Shown here: piece by piece, positions 8,410 to 16,933 of the stretch
Layout of the letters: each line of letters opens with the position of its first letter
How positions within the stretch are numbered: position 1 is the stretch's first letter
Assembly (NCBI GenBank): GCA_900540385.1
Contig: UQFY01000003.1
Location: forward strand, 64,715-128,714
Length of the DNA: 64,000 nucleotides
From: an uncultured Mollicutes bacterium
Lineage (GTDB): Bacteria; Bacillota_I; Bacilli_A; RFN20; CAG-826
Direction: 5' to 3'
Position numbers and translations under genes: made by a program
Notes under the pieces: generated by a model
Database searches by the model: none
Told to the model about the DNA's origin: nothing
Seen by the model: only the letters and a program-made list of their open reading frames with translations

Positions 8410-9195
8410 ATGAAAGAAATAAGAGTCCAATTAAACAATCAAAAAATAAACAAGAAATTGTTTTCTCAAGCTTTGAAAGCAGTATCTCTTGATAGAGAAG
8501 AAGAAATCTATTACATCGACGGAAATGACAACGATGTCTCTCTTTTTTCTTCCTATTCCGATGAAATCAAATTATTAGAGGATAAAACAAAGTCTTTTCA
8601 ATACGAGATTCTCGATGAAGGAAAGGAAGGAGATAAGATTCTTTTCCATTTGTATTCCTCTTTTCAAAAGAAATTCGTTCTCGTTACATCGAATAACGAT
8701 TCTTTCAATGAGTTTTTCTCTTTGAATGAGAAATATCAAAAAGATTTCGTCTGTTTTCAAAATGATAAATGGCTGGATAGAAAAAATATCCTGATAAATC
8801 CTTTCTATAAAGGAGAGAAGAAAATGGAAGATGTCTTCTACGATAGTACGACACTTGTTTTAGTATCCTCTTCCTTTCTTACTTTATTTAACGAATTTAT
8901 CCTCTCCATCTCGAATTATTTCTTGAAACGTTTTGAAACAAATAGCAAAGCAAAAAACTCTTTTTTCTCAAATTTAAGCAAGAATCTCTTTGCCTGGGGT
9001 TCCTCCAAAGAAGAAAAACCATTGACGTTGTTCGATGATTTGGTTGCTAAGTTTGAGATCGAATATCATCTTGGGCATTTCGCGTTGGTATTAAAAGAAG
9101 GCAATGACGCTTCTTCTTTCATGTTTGCCATCCGTTTCTTTCTTTCTCTTATTTATGATGAGTTGGATTTCGATCCAACAAAAAAGAAGGCTTAA
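8410..9195 (+). CDS. Hypothetical protein
   Basis: 261-aa ORF with coding-like composition and no motif I recognise. TATAAT lies 8 nt upstream of the ATG. Confidence 0.55.
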   Translation: MKEIRVQLNNQKINKKLFSQALKAVSLDREEEIYYIDGNDNDVSLFSSYSDEIKLLEDKTKSFQYEILDEGKEGDKILFHLYSSFQKKFVLVTSNNDSFNEFFSLNEKYQKDFVCFQNDKWLDRKNILINPFYKGEKKMEDVFYDSTTLVLVSSSFLTLFNEFILSISNYFLKRFETNSKAKNSFFSNLSKNLFAWGSSKEEKPLTLFDDLVAKFEIEYHLGHFALVLKEGNDASSFMFAIRFFLSLIYDELDFDPTKKKA

Positions 9196-9198
9196 CCC

Positions 9199-9498
9199 CT
9201 AAAAGGTTAAAACCTGGAAATAGCATAGAAGGAAAACAAGCAATATTTGTAACACGCTTAAAACAATTCCCGAAATCAAATAGAGATAATGATGCAAAAT
9301 ATCTTCCTCTCTGATTTCTTTGAACATATAAGTAATTAACAACGCCGGTCCTCCGAATAAAACGCAAAGAAGGATGACTTGATAATGTTTGAGTCCTTTA
9401 TCATCTCCATTACGGAGCTTTTTCACATAGGAAATACAAGATCCATAACAAATAACGAAGAGGACGATAATAATAGGGAAAAATACAATGAATTTCAT
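9199..9498 (-). CDS. Small integral membrane protein (3 predicted TM segments)
   Basis: Hydrophobic segments FIVFFPIIIVLFVICYG, VILLCVLFGGPALLITYMF and LISGIVLSVLQILLVFLLCYF. No family assignment. Confidence 0.5.
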   Translation of the reverse strand: MKFIVFFPIIIVLFVICYGSCISYVKKLRNGDDKGLKHYQVILLCVLFGGPALLITYMFKEIREEDILHHYLYLISGIVLSVLQILLVFLLCYFQVLTF

Positions 9499-9504
9499 AA
9501 TGGA

Positions 9505-9537
9505 ACAAAATAAAGTGGCCCGAAAGCCACTTTATTA
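9505..9537 (-). terminator. Rho-independent terminator after the sugar ABC operon
   Basis: 8-bp stem aaagtggc/gccacttt (9512-9519 / 9526-9533) with a 6-nt loop. On the minus strand it is followed by ATTTTGTT. Confidence 0.6.
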
Positions 9538-9550
9538 TAGGACTTAAAGC

Positions 9551-11230
9551 TTATTTCTTCTTGAGATATTTCATGCTATCTAAGCAGACAGCAGCCATGA
9601 TGATGATACCTTTGAACAGATATTGGATATTCACATCAAAGCCAAGGAAGGTTAAGCAATAAGTCATGCCTTGGAAGATGATCGTCCCTAACACAACGCC
9701 AGAAATCTTACCAATACCGCCAGAGAAGGAAACTCCGCCGATAACGCAAGCGGCAATGGCGTCTAGTTCAGTTCCATAGCCCGTATTAGGGTTAGCACCT
9801 GCTCCTTGAAGAGCGGTTGCCGCACCACCCAAGCCATATAAAACACCGGCCATAACGAAGACGAGAAGGGTTGTCCAGAAAACCGAAACGCCACTAACAG
9901 CGGCCGCTTCTGAGTTTCCACCGACAGCGTACATATTCTTGCCAAACTTTGTCTTATTCCAAATAAACCAAACAATGGCAATGACGATAATTGCAGCAAT
10001 AATGATATTTAAATAGTTATTGCCTCTTAATTTTTTCGAAATGGATAAGTCGGCATTGAAGGCAGGATAAGAGCCATACCCAATCATGAATAAGCCATAA
10101 ATCAACAATTGAGTTGATAATGTTGTGATGAATGGATGCATCTTGAATTTGGCGGTAAAGAATCCTGCGATTGTAGAGAAGATGGTACAAAGAATAATTG
10201 GAACCAAGAAGGCAAGGATGACTTTAGGCACCACTGGCCAAGAAACGACGTCAATCGTAAAGCCGAAAGCGGATTTATAAACTTCTCGGGCAAGAATCAT
10301 ATTGAAGAATCCTGCGCCCAATCCCGTCATACGGCCTACAGAAAGGTCTGTACCACCAAGCAAGATAAGCCCTGCAACTCCTAGAGCATAGAAGATCTTA
10401 ACCGAGCTTTGTCCAAGAATGGACATGATGTTATTGCTAGTGAAGAGGTTTTTCCCAATTCCTAAACCATAGAAAATAGAGAAAAGGAAGAAAGCCACGA
10501 CAATGAGGTTTAAAGCGTTTCTCAATAACCAGTTAGACAGCTTAAATTCATAGAGGTATGTGCGAAATTTGTTTTCGAGGATGCCCATGATGCTACGATG
10601 GCCGTTTCTTGCTTTGAAGATGAATCCGTCTTTTTCAAGATAGGCGTCGTATTGGCAATTCTTGATGTCTTGAATCTTGCTTTCGTAATCGCTTTTCGCT
10701 TCCTCTAAAGCCGAATGGTAGGATATACGGTTTGCTTTCGTAGCAATCGCGTTTTCCTTTTTCGCTTTCTCTAAGTTCTTTTTTCCGATGGAGGCTTTGG
10801 CGAGTCTTTCAGCGTTTTCGTCTTTGAGTTTTTCTAAAGCAATAGACTGTTGTTTCTTGATTTCTAAGACGTTTGCTAGATAAGCCTCTTTCTCTTTGGA
10901 TTTTCCCTCTTTTGCTAAAGCAGTTTCTTTCTGATAGTAGTCTTTTCCTTCTTTTTTAGCGATCTCAGAAGCTTCTTTGACGATTGTTTTTACTTGCTCT
11001 TTGTTGGCTTCCTTGACCTTTTTCGCCTCTTTGATTAATTTTTTATCTTTGGCGATGATTTTATCCTTCACGTCTTTTTCAAGAACTTTGTTGGCTTTCA
11101 CATCGCGTATCTCTTCTTTTAAAGCGATGATTTTATCTTCTCCTTCTTTTCTTAAGGAAGAGAGATCATCTAGGTATTTTTGATACCTATCATCGTTTTC
11201 AAAAGGATTGATGATTGTTTCGCTTTCCAT
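9551..11230 (-). CDS. Sugar ABC transporter permease (MglC/RbsC, BPD_transp_2 type) with a roughly 200-aa charged N-terminal extension
   Basis: The C-terminal 350 aa are polytopic, with GGTDLSVGRMTGL and a Gly-rich C-terminal core. The N-terminus is Lys/Glu-rich and probably coiled-coil. AAGGAG SD. Confidence 0.85.
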   Translation of the reverse strand: MESETIINPFENDDRYQKYLDDLSSLRKEGEDKIIALKEEIRDVKANKVLEKDVKDKIIAKDKKLIKEAKKVKEANKEQVKTIVKEASEIAKKEGKDYYQKETALAKEGKSKEKEAYLANVLEIKKQQSIALEKLKDENAERLAKASIGKKNLEKAKKENAIATKANRISYHSALEEAKSDYESKIQDIKNCQYDAYLEKDGFIFKARNGHRSIMGILENKFRTYLYEFKLSNWLLRNALNLIVVAFFLFSIFYGLGIGKNLFTSNNIMSILGQSSVKIFYALGVAGLILLGGTDLSVGRMTGLGAGFFNMILAREVYKSAFGFTIDVVSWPVVPKVILAFLVPIILCTIFSTIAGFFTAKFKMHPFITTLSTQLLIYGLFMIGYGSYPAFNADLSISKKLRGNNYLNIIIAAIIVIAIVWFIWNKTKFGKNMYAVGGNSEAAAVSGVSVFWTTLLVFVMAGVLYGLGGAATALQGAGANPNTGYGTELDAIAACVIGGVSFSGGIGKISGVVLGTIIFQGMTYCLTFLGFDVNIQYLFKGIIIMAAVCLDSMKYLKKK

Positions 11231-11242
11231 TTCTGTTCTCCT

Positions 11243-12742
11243 TTATAAGTATTTGGCACACAATCTAAGAAGTTCTTCTTGGTTGGTGTCTTTGGTAATG
11301 ACTTCCCCTGCGAGATGATAATTGCTCATGACAAGGATTCTATTGGTTACGCCTAATATTTCAGGCATTTCCGAAGAAACCATGATGATGGATTTCCCTT
11401 CATTGGCGAGTTTGATCATCAATTCGTAAATTTGATATTTCGCCATGATATCGATGCCTCTTGTTGGCTCGTCCATTAAGAAGACATCTGGGTTTCTTTC
11501 CAGCCATTTTCCAATAATGACTTTCTGTTGGTTGCCACCTGAAAGGGAGGAAATCTTATCATTGCTTGAGTTACATTTAACACTCATTGCAGAGATTTCT
11601 CTTGAAGCCGCATTCCGCATCTTTGCATTGTCGATAATGCCAAATGTTTTGTATTTATCGATGTTTGTAATGCAAGTGTTATAAACGAGGTCTTCTTTGC
11701 CGAACATGCCATTGACCTTTCTTTCTTCTGTAACGAAAGCAAAGTTCTCTTTCATAGCATCCTTCGATGAGTTAAAGAAGATGCGTTTTCCCTTAAAATA
11801 GATTTCCCCATCGGAAATGGTTCTCACACCGAATAGGGCTTCTAAAAGTTCACTTCTTCCTGATCCAACAAGACCATAGATTCCTAATATTTCGCCTTTA
11901 CGAAGATCAAAGGAGATGTTTTTTAAACAAGGTGCGTATTTCGTGCAAAGGTTCTTAACCACCAAGATTGGTTCTCCTGGTTTATTTGTAAGAGGCGGGA
12001 AACGAGAGTCTAAGCTCCTCCCGACCATCGCTTTGACAAGTTCATCAAGATTTGTGTCTTTGACTTTCTTATCAAGGGTCACCATACCATCACGAAGGAT
12101 GACAACATCATCGCAAAGTTCAAAGATTTCATCCATTTTGTGGGAAATGAAAACAAAGCTAACGCCTCTTTCTTTAAGCTTTCGAATGATTGCGAATAAT
12201 TTTTTAACTTCTCTTTCCGATAAGGAGGAAGTAGGTTCATCTAAAATAATGACTTTGGCATCATAAGAAACGGCTTTGGCAATTTCGACCATTTGACGTT
12301 GAGAAACGGACATTTTTCTCATGACTGTCTTTGGAGATACGTTAATCCCTAAGTTAGCAAAGAGTCTGGTACATTTTTGATTCATGAGAGACTCGTTAAC
12401 AAGGATATTTCCATAGGTTGGATATCTTCCTAAAAACATATTGTCTAGGACAGTACGATCAAGACATTGGTTCAATTCTTGGTGAACCATCGCGACTCCT
12501 TTTTCAAGGGCTTCCTTTGGCCCTGAAAAAGAAATGGCGTTACCATCGAGTTTGATCGTTCCTGAATCACGAGAATAAATGCCGAACAAACATTTCATCA
12601 TGGTTGATTTACCTGCACCATTTTCGCCCATTAAACCAAGTATCTCGCCTTCTTTTAAACGAAGGCTGATGTTCTTCAATACTTTGTTTTTGCCGAATGA
12701 TTTTGATAAACCATCTATTTCTAATACATATTTATCAGCCAT
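11243..12742 (-). CDS. Sugar ABC transporter ATP-binding protein with duplicated ABC domains (MglA/RbsA/XylG type)
   Basis: Walker A GENGAGKST, signature VSQRQMVEIAKA, Walker B IILDEPTSSL. The second domain has LSGGNQQKVIIGKWL and FLMDEPTRGID. Confidence 0.9.
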   Translation of the reverse strand: MADKYVLEIDGLSKSFGKNKVLKNISLRLKEGEILGLMGENGAGKSTMMKCLFGIYSRDSGTIKLDGNAISFSGPKEALEKGVAMVHQELNQCLDRTVLDNMFLGRYPTYGNILVNESLMNQKCTRLFANLGINVSPKTVMRKMSVSQRQMVEIAKAVSYDAKVIILDEPTSSLSEREVKKLFAIIRKLKERGVSFVFISHKMDEIFELCDDVVILRDGMVTLDKKVKDTNLDELVKAMVGRSLDSRFPPLTNKPGEPILVVKNLCTKYAPCLKNISFDLRKGEILGIYGLVGSGRSELLEALFGVRTISDGEIYFKGKRIFFNSSKDAMKENFAFVTEERKVNGMFGKEDLVYNTCITNIDKYKTFGIIDNAKMRNAASREISAMSVKCNSSNDKISSLSGGNQQKVIIGKWLERNPDVFLMDEPTRGIDIMAKYQIYELMIKLANEGKSIIMVSSEMPEILGVTNRILVMSNYHLAGEVITKDTNQEELLRLCAKYL

Positions 12743-12765
12743 AATTTCTCTTTTTTCTAATAATG

Positions 12766-12799
12766 AATGAGTCCACAGAAATTCTTCCGTGGACTCATT
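12766..12799 (-). other. Perfect 11-bp intercistronic hairpin between the binding-protein and ATPase genes
   Basis: aatgagtccac (12766-12776) pairs with gtggactcatt (12789-12799), leaving a 12-nt loop. No U-tract follows on the minus strand. Confidence 0.5.
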
Positions 12800-12816
12800 T
12801 TCAACAAATTGTCGCT

Positions 12817-14064
12817 TTATTTCGCAAGGTCTTTGAAATAATTGACAATCATTTCACCTTGTAGTTTTCCACCCTGGATAGCGTCAAATCCGACATAGTA
12901 GATGGATTTGAAACGCTTATCCTTCATGACTTCCGTATCGGTTGTTCCATCCGATTTGGTGCCTTGTCTGTTCCAGAAGATAACTGGTTTGGCGGTTGGA
13001 GAAGCTTCGGTAGCACCAGTTAAGCCAGCGATCTTATCAAGATAAGCTTGGGTTCCGGTTGTCTTAACCATGTTGATGACATAAGCATCATAGTCTTTGG
13101 CTGTATCTAAGAAGCCCATGGTCTTTGTATCGTCAGAGCCATCGCCTTTTGCTTCGGTAACTTCGAAGTTGAATAAGCCTTCATAGTACTTAAATAAAGG
13201 TGCCATGGAAGAGTTCAAGAAGTTATCACTCTCGCTGTAGTAGGATTGCCACACTTTTGCTTTTTTCGTCGTGCCTTTCTTAACGCTCTTTTCGGCTAAG
13301 GTGGTAATGTCTTTTGTCATAAAGCTCTCGACATTATCTTTCGTAACGGCAACGTTATCGACTAATAAGCTATGGGCTGCTTCGCCATAATGAACGGTTG
13401 ATGCAATCTTTCCGTATCCATTGGTAGATTCTTCGGTAAAGCCTTTGGTATAGATATCGGCGCCAGTTAATCCGTCGATGGCGTTTCTAGCAGTCATATA
13501 AATAGAGGCTGCTTGAGCTGGAGCGTTTTGGTTAATTGTCCCCATGATTCTGCCCTCTTTGATATAAGAAAGGGTGGATTGGTTGGAGTCATAACCGAAA
13601 ATTGGCATACCTTCGACCCAGTTAGAGGCACCGATGGCACCTTCTGCCATACCATCGTTATTCGAAACGAAGAAGTCGATGTTTGGATTTGCGTTAAGCC
13701 AGGCTTCGGTGGAGGTTGTTGCTGTTTGTTGATCCCATGTGGCACCAGCTGTGGATTTTTGTTCACCACTGGCAACTTCATTCACTTCGAATGTTGTTTC
13801 ACCCAATTTAAGGGAGCCTTTCACGGCTTTTTCTTTATTGGCGTTGGTATCGTGGGTTGTAGGACGTGTGCCTAAGGCTTCACGAATACCAGCTGTACGA
13901 GCAGCCGAATCATTGTGGTCGATTTGGCCGATTAATAAGGCGTAATTCAAGACCTTATCTTCACTGGCCTTTTCCCAAGACCAGCTTCCAGCACTTTCAC
14001 CACAGGAAGCGAGAATTGTGCCTAAAGCGGATAATGCGAATAATGGAATTAAACGTTTTTTCAT
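12817..14064 (-). CDS. Sugar ABC substrate-binding lipoprotein (periplasmic-binding-protein type I, MglB-like)
   Basis: The start MKKRLIPLFALSALGTILASC|G at 14064 is preceded by a GGAGA SD. PBP-I-like motifs FVSNNDGMAEGAIGA and FGYDSNQ are present. Confidence 0.8.
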   Translation of the reverse strand: MKKRLIPLFALSALGTILASCGESAGSWSWEKASEDKVLNYALLIGQIDHNDSAARTAGIREALGTRPTTHDTNANKEKAVKGSLKLGETTFEVNEVASGEQKSTAGATWDQQTATTSTEAWLNANPNIDFFVSNNDGMAEGAIGASNWVEGMPIFGYDSNQSTLSYIKEGRIMGTINQNAPAQAASIYMTARNAIDGLTGADIYTKGFTEESTNGYGKIASTVHYGEAAHSLLVDNVAVTKDNVESFMTKDITTLAEKSVKKGTTKKAKVWQSYYSESDNFLNSSMAPLFKYYEGLFNFEVTEAKGDGSDDTKTMGFLDTAKDYDAYVINMVKTTGTQAYLDKIAGLTGATEASPTAKPVIFWNRQGTKSDGTTDTEVMKDKRFKSIYYVGFDAIQGGKLQGEMIVNYFKDLAK

Positions 14065-14135
14065 ATTTTCTCCTTTATAATTCCTTGGCGCCACTTCTTA
14101 CGAATATGAGCACCATTTGCATTATGATTTTCTCT

Positions 14136-14149
14136 AGAAAGCGCTTTCA
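14136..14149 (-). promoter_or_regulatory. Candidate catabolite-responsive element (cre) upstream of the binding-protein gene
   Basis: The minus strand TGAAAGCGCTTTCT matches the cre consensus TGWAANCGNTNWCA at 13 of 14 positions. It lies about 70 nt upstream of the 14064 start. Confidence 0.4.
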
Positions 14150-14204
14150 CAAGAATGGAAAAAACTCTAAAGAATTTGTAATAAACTCTACAAATGTAAG
14201 CGCT

Positions 14205-15221
14205 TTAGTTAATTTTATTAGTGATTTTCATGCCTTTTACTTTATAAAAGTTGCCTTTCACGATGATTTCATCGTCAAAAGTAGGCATTTCTAGACCATC
14301 GACAAGGCTGGTATATAAAGAAAAAAGAATTTGGGCTTGGGTGGAGGCGTCATTTAAAACGGTTCCTAGCATATAGCCATCCTCCACCGCCTTCTTCCCT
14401 TCTGTTGTTCCATCTACTCCAACGATAGGGAAAAATTGTTCCAAAAAAGAAACATCTGGGTTCATGAGGCTTTTAAGGTATCGGATAGCGCCTACAGCCA
14501 TGGCGTCGTTATTAGACAAAAGAAGTTCGATGTTATCCCCTTTAAGAATCATCTTGCCTGTTTCATCGTAGCCTTTTCCTTCTTCCCAATCGCAATAAGC
14601 AACTTCGATTAGATCTACGTCAAAGCCAAGTTGGCGTAATTTTTCAATCGAATATTTGCTTCTGTTTAAAGCGTCTTGGTGAGAAAGCTCACCACGGAGA
14701 ATGGCTACTTGAAGTTTTCCATCGTTGTTTTTATCGAATTTAGAGCCTTTAAAAGAAGAGGCGTCTTTAAAGTAATCCGCTGCAATCTCCGCTTGAGCTA
14801 CGCCTTGATATTCCGCATAAGCGCCTACGTAATAGACGTTTTCTTTGACCCAGTCATTGCTTTCCATATCTTGTAAAAGAGGTTCACGATTGAAGAAAAG
14901 AAGAGGGGTGTCTTCTTTTTGGGCTTTTTCGATTAAGACACTCGCCGAAAGTCTGTCGTATATATTTAGCAAAATCGGTTTATGCTCATTCTCATCTAAA
15001 AGATTTACAAATTGATTGTTTTGAAGACTTTGTTTCCTCGAAGCCACATATTTTCTTAAAGAGATTCCTTTTTGGAGAAAAGAATCATTAATTGAGGAGA
15101 CCAATGAATTAATGAATGGATCGTTGTCGGTATAAAGGAATAAATTCGCGTCTTTTCCTTCGTTTTTGCAAGAAGGAAGAAGAAGCAAAGGCAAAAGGCT
15201 TAAAACCTGGTATTTTTTCAT
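14205..15221 (-). CDS. Sugar-binding lipoprotein (PBP type I), probable ligand-sensing partner of the adjacent histidine kinase
   Basis: Lipobox LLLLPSC|K. PBP-I motif LLSNNDAMAVGAIRY. Its start overlaps the kinase stop by 4 nt. The architecture matches XylFII-LytS/YesN-type systems. Confidence 0.75.
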   Translation of the reverse strand: MKKYQVLSLLPLLLLPSCKNEGKDANLFLYTDNDPFINSLVSSINDSFLQKGISLRKYVASRKQSLQNNQFVNLLDENEHKPILLNIYDRLSASVLIEKAQKEDTPLLFFNREPLLQDMESNDWVKENVYYVGAYAEYQGVAQAEIAADYFKDASSFKGSKFDKNNDGKLQVAILRGELSHQDALNRSKYSIEKLRQLGFDVDLIEVAYCDWEEGKGYDETGKMILKGDNIELLLSNNDAMAVGAIRYLKSLMNPDVSFLEQFFPIVGVDGTTEGKKAVEDGYMLGTVLNDASTQAQILFSLYTSLVDGLEMPTFDDEIIVKGNFYKVKGMKITNKIN

Positions 15222-16933
15222 TTTTCTTCTCCTTTCAAAGGAATCATAATATGGACAATTGTCCCTTCATCGAGCTTACTTTCGATACGGATGTCTGCTT
15301 TCGGGCCATAATAAACGCGAAGACGTAGGTAGACATTATGCAAGCCAACCCCTTTGGCTTCCTCTTCGCCTTTCATCGATCTTTCTAATTCTTTTCTTGT
15401 TTCTTCTAGCATTCCATAGCCGTTATCGCAAACGTCTAGGTAAATATAGTCGTCCTTTTTGTAACCTTTTACGAGAATGTTCCCTTTTTCCCCTTCTTTC
15501 AAGCCATGATAAATGGAGTTTTCGATGATTGGTTGAAGAATGAGTTTAACGACATCTGTCTGAAGAATCGTTGGGTCGATATCAAAAGAATAATCGAAAG
15601 CGTCGCCAAAACGTAGTTTTTGAATTAAGAGATAATTCGTCGCATGCTCAACTTCTTTTTGCAGGGTGATGATGTTCTTCCCTTTAGAGATAGAGATTCT
15701 AAAGAAACGTGAAAGAGCCACGATCATCTTTTCCGCTTCAGCATTTTGGTTTTTATCAATCAAAGCAATGATACTATCAAGCGTGTTATACAAGAAATGC
15801 GGGTTGATTTGGTTTTGCAAGGCTCGCAATTCGCTCTTTCTTTGTTCTTCTTGCTCATGAATGAGTTTTTTAGTCAAATCGTTTATGCGTTCAATAAGGG
15901 CTTTAAAAGAATCGTTTAGCTCTACCACTTCCTTAGAGCCTTGAACGTTTATTCTTCTTGAAGGCATATCTTCTAAGGTCACGATTTCACTCATTTCTTT
16001 GCTTAATAAGCGAATTGGTTGAACGGATTGTTGAATAACATAGAAGAAAATAAGGGAGCCAATGGCCAAGAGTGCCCCACCAATCAAAAGAATGGTGACG
16101 CTAAAAGAAACGATTGCTTCTTTTATCCCATCACGGTTTAAAAACACACCCAGTCTCCACGAGGTATTAGAAATAGAAGAAGCAAACACGAAGAAAGAAT
16201 GACCTCCGATTTCATATAGGCCATTTCCTACAACGAATTCTTTTAAAATGCTTGTTTTCTTATCCAAATCATTTGGTAAGGAGGAGTAAACAATTTGATA
16301 GTCTTTATCATAAATAAGGAAGTTTCCTCCTTCGCCTAGAGCCGTTTCACTCAATAAATTGACAATGGAATCAAAAGAAAAATCGATATGAAGCACCGCA
16401 TCACAAGTTTCGTTTCGATCATATGAGGCATAGCGTGAAAGAGAGAAAGAATAAGGATAAAGGGGGTTTTGTTCTTCAGGAAGAGTAAGGATTGGAATTA
16501 AACGATTTTCTTCTGTTTGGAAGGTCTCTTGGAACCATTTTTCTTCTTTGACATTTGCATATTCTTTAACATTACCAGCATAGGCGATTTTCTCGCCGCT
16601 TGAAGCCTTATAGAGAGAAAGAGAAATGACTTCTTCACGAAGAGCGAGGATATTGCTGAAATATTCGTTCATTTTCGTTCCGAATTTTCCCTCATCATCG
16701 ATGGAATTATAGGAATAAATAATCGCGTCTGAATTCCTAAGAATCTGGGAAAAATAGGAATCGTAAGTTCCTAGCAATTGTTCTCCCGTCGTTTGAAGAT
16801 TTTGGTTGGAGGTGGTTAAGACGTTATTGCGATAAAGAAGAATGGCGGTTGTTTCGGTTGTGGCGAGTAAAAGAAAAAGGATGCCCCCTAATATAGATAA
16901 CAATGTCGTATAAAGGGAACGTGGCTTTCTCAT
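15218..16933 (-). CDS. Sensor histidine kinase, YesM/LytS-type (extracellular domain, HAMP, His_kinase, HATPase_c)
   Basis: Two TM segments flank a roughly 250-aa extracytoplasmic domain. LRALQNQINPHFLYNTLDSI is the His_kinase family motif. The ATPase N and G boxes read IIENSIYHG and DNGYGM. Confidence 0.85.
   Translation of the reverse strand: MRKPRSLYTTLLSILGGILFLLLATTETTAILLYRNNVLTTSNQNLQTTGEQLLGTYDSYFSQILRNSDAIIYSYNSIDDEGKFGTKMNEYFSNILALREEVISLSLYKASSGEKIAYAGNVKEYANVKEEKWFQETFQTEENRLIPILTLPEEQNPLYPYSFSLSRYASYDRNETCDAVLHIDFSFDSIVNLLSETALGEGGNFLIYDKDYQIVYSSLPNDLDKKTSILKEFVVGNGLYEIGGHSFFVFASSISNTSWRLGVFLNRDGIKEAIVSFSVTILLIGGALLAIGSLIFFYVIQQSVQPIRLLSKEMSEIVTLEDMPSRRINVQGSKEVVELNDSFKALIERINDLTKKLIHEQEEQRKSELRALQNQINPHFLYNTLDSIIALIDKNQNAEAEKMIVALSRFFRISISKGKNIITLQKEVEHATNYLLIQKLRFGDAFDYSFDIDPTILQTDVVKLILQPIIENSIYHGLKEGEKGNILVKGYKKDDYIYLDVCDNGYGMLEETRKELERSMKGEEEAKGVGLHNVYLRLRVYYGPKADIRIESKLDEGTIVHIMIPLKGEEK

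Noticed and set aside
14145-14151. TTCACAA (minus strand TTGTGAA) as a Rex operator half-site
   Set aside because: Only one half of the TTGTGAAnnnnnnTTCACAA palindrome is present. The same bases fit the cre consensus much better.
13494-14294. Cluster of antisense or alternate-frame ORFs (13494-13781, 13513-13875, 13739-13945, 13866-14294)
   Set aside because: All lie within or against the well-supported binding-lipoprotein gene. Their Cys/Gly/Phe-rich nonsense composition and lack of SD sites mark them as shadow ORFs. The same applies to other shadow ORFs, for example 59368-59820, 44017-44361 and 25414-25821.
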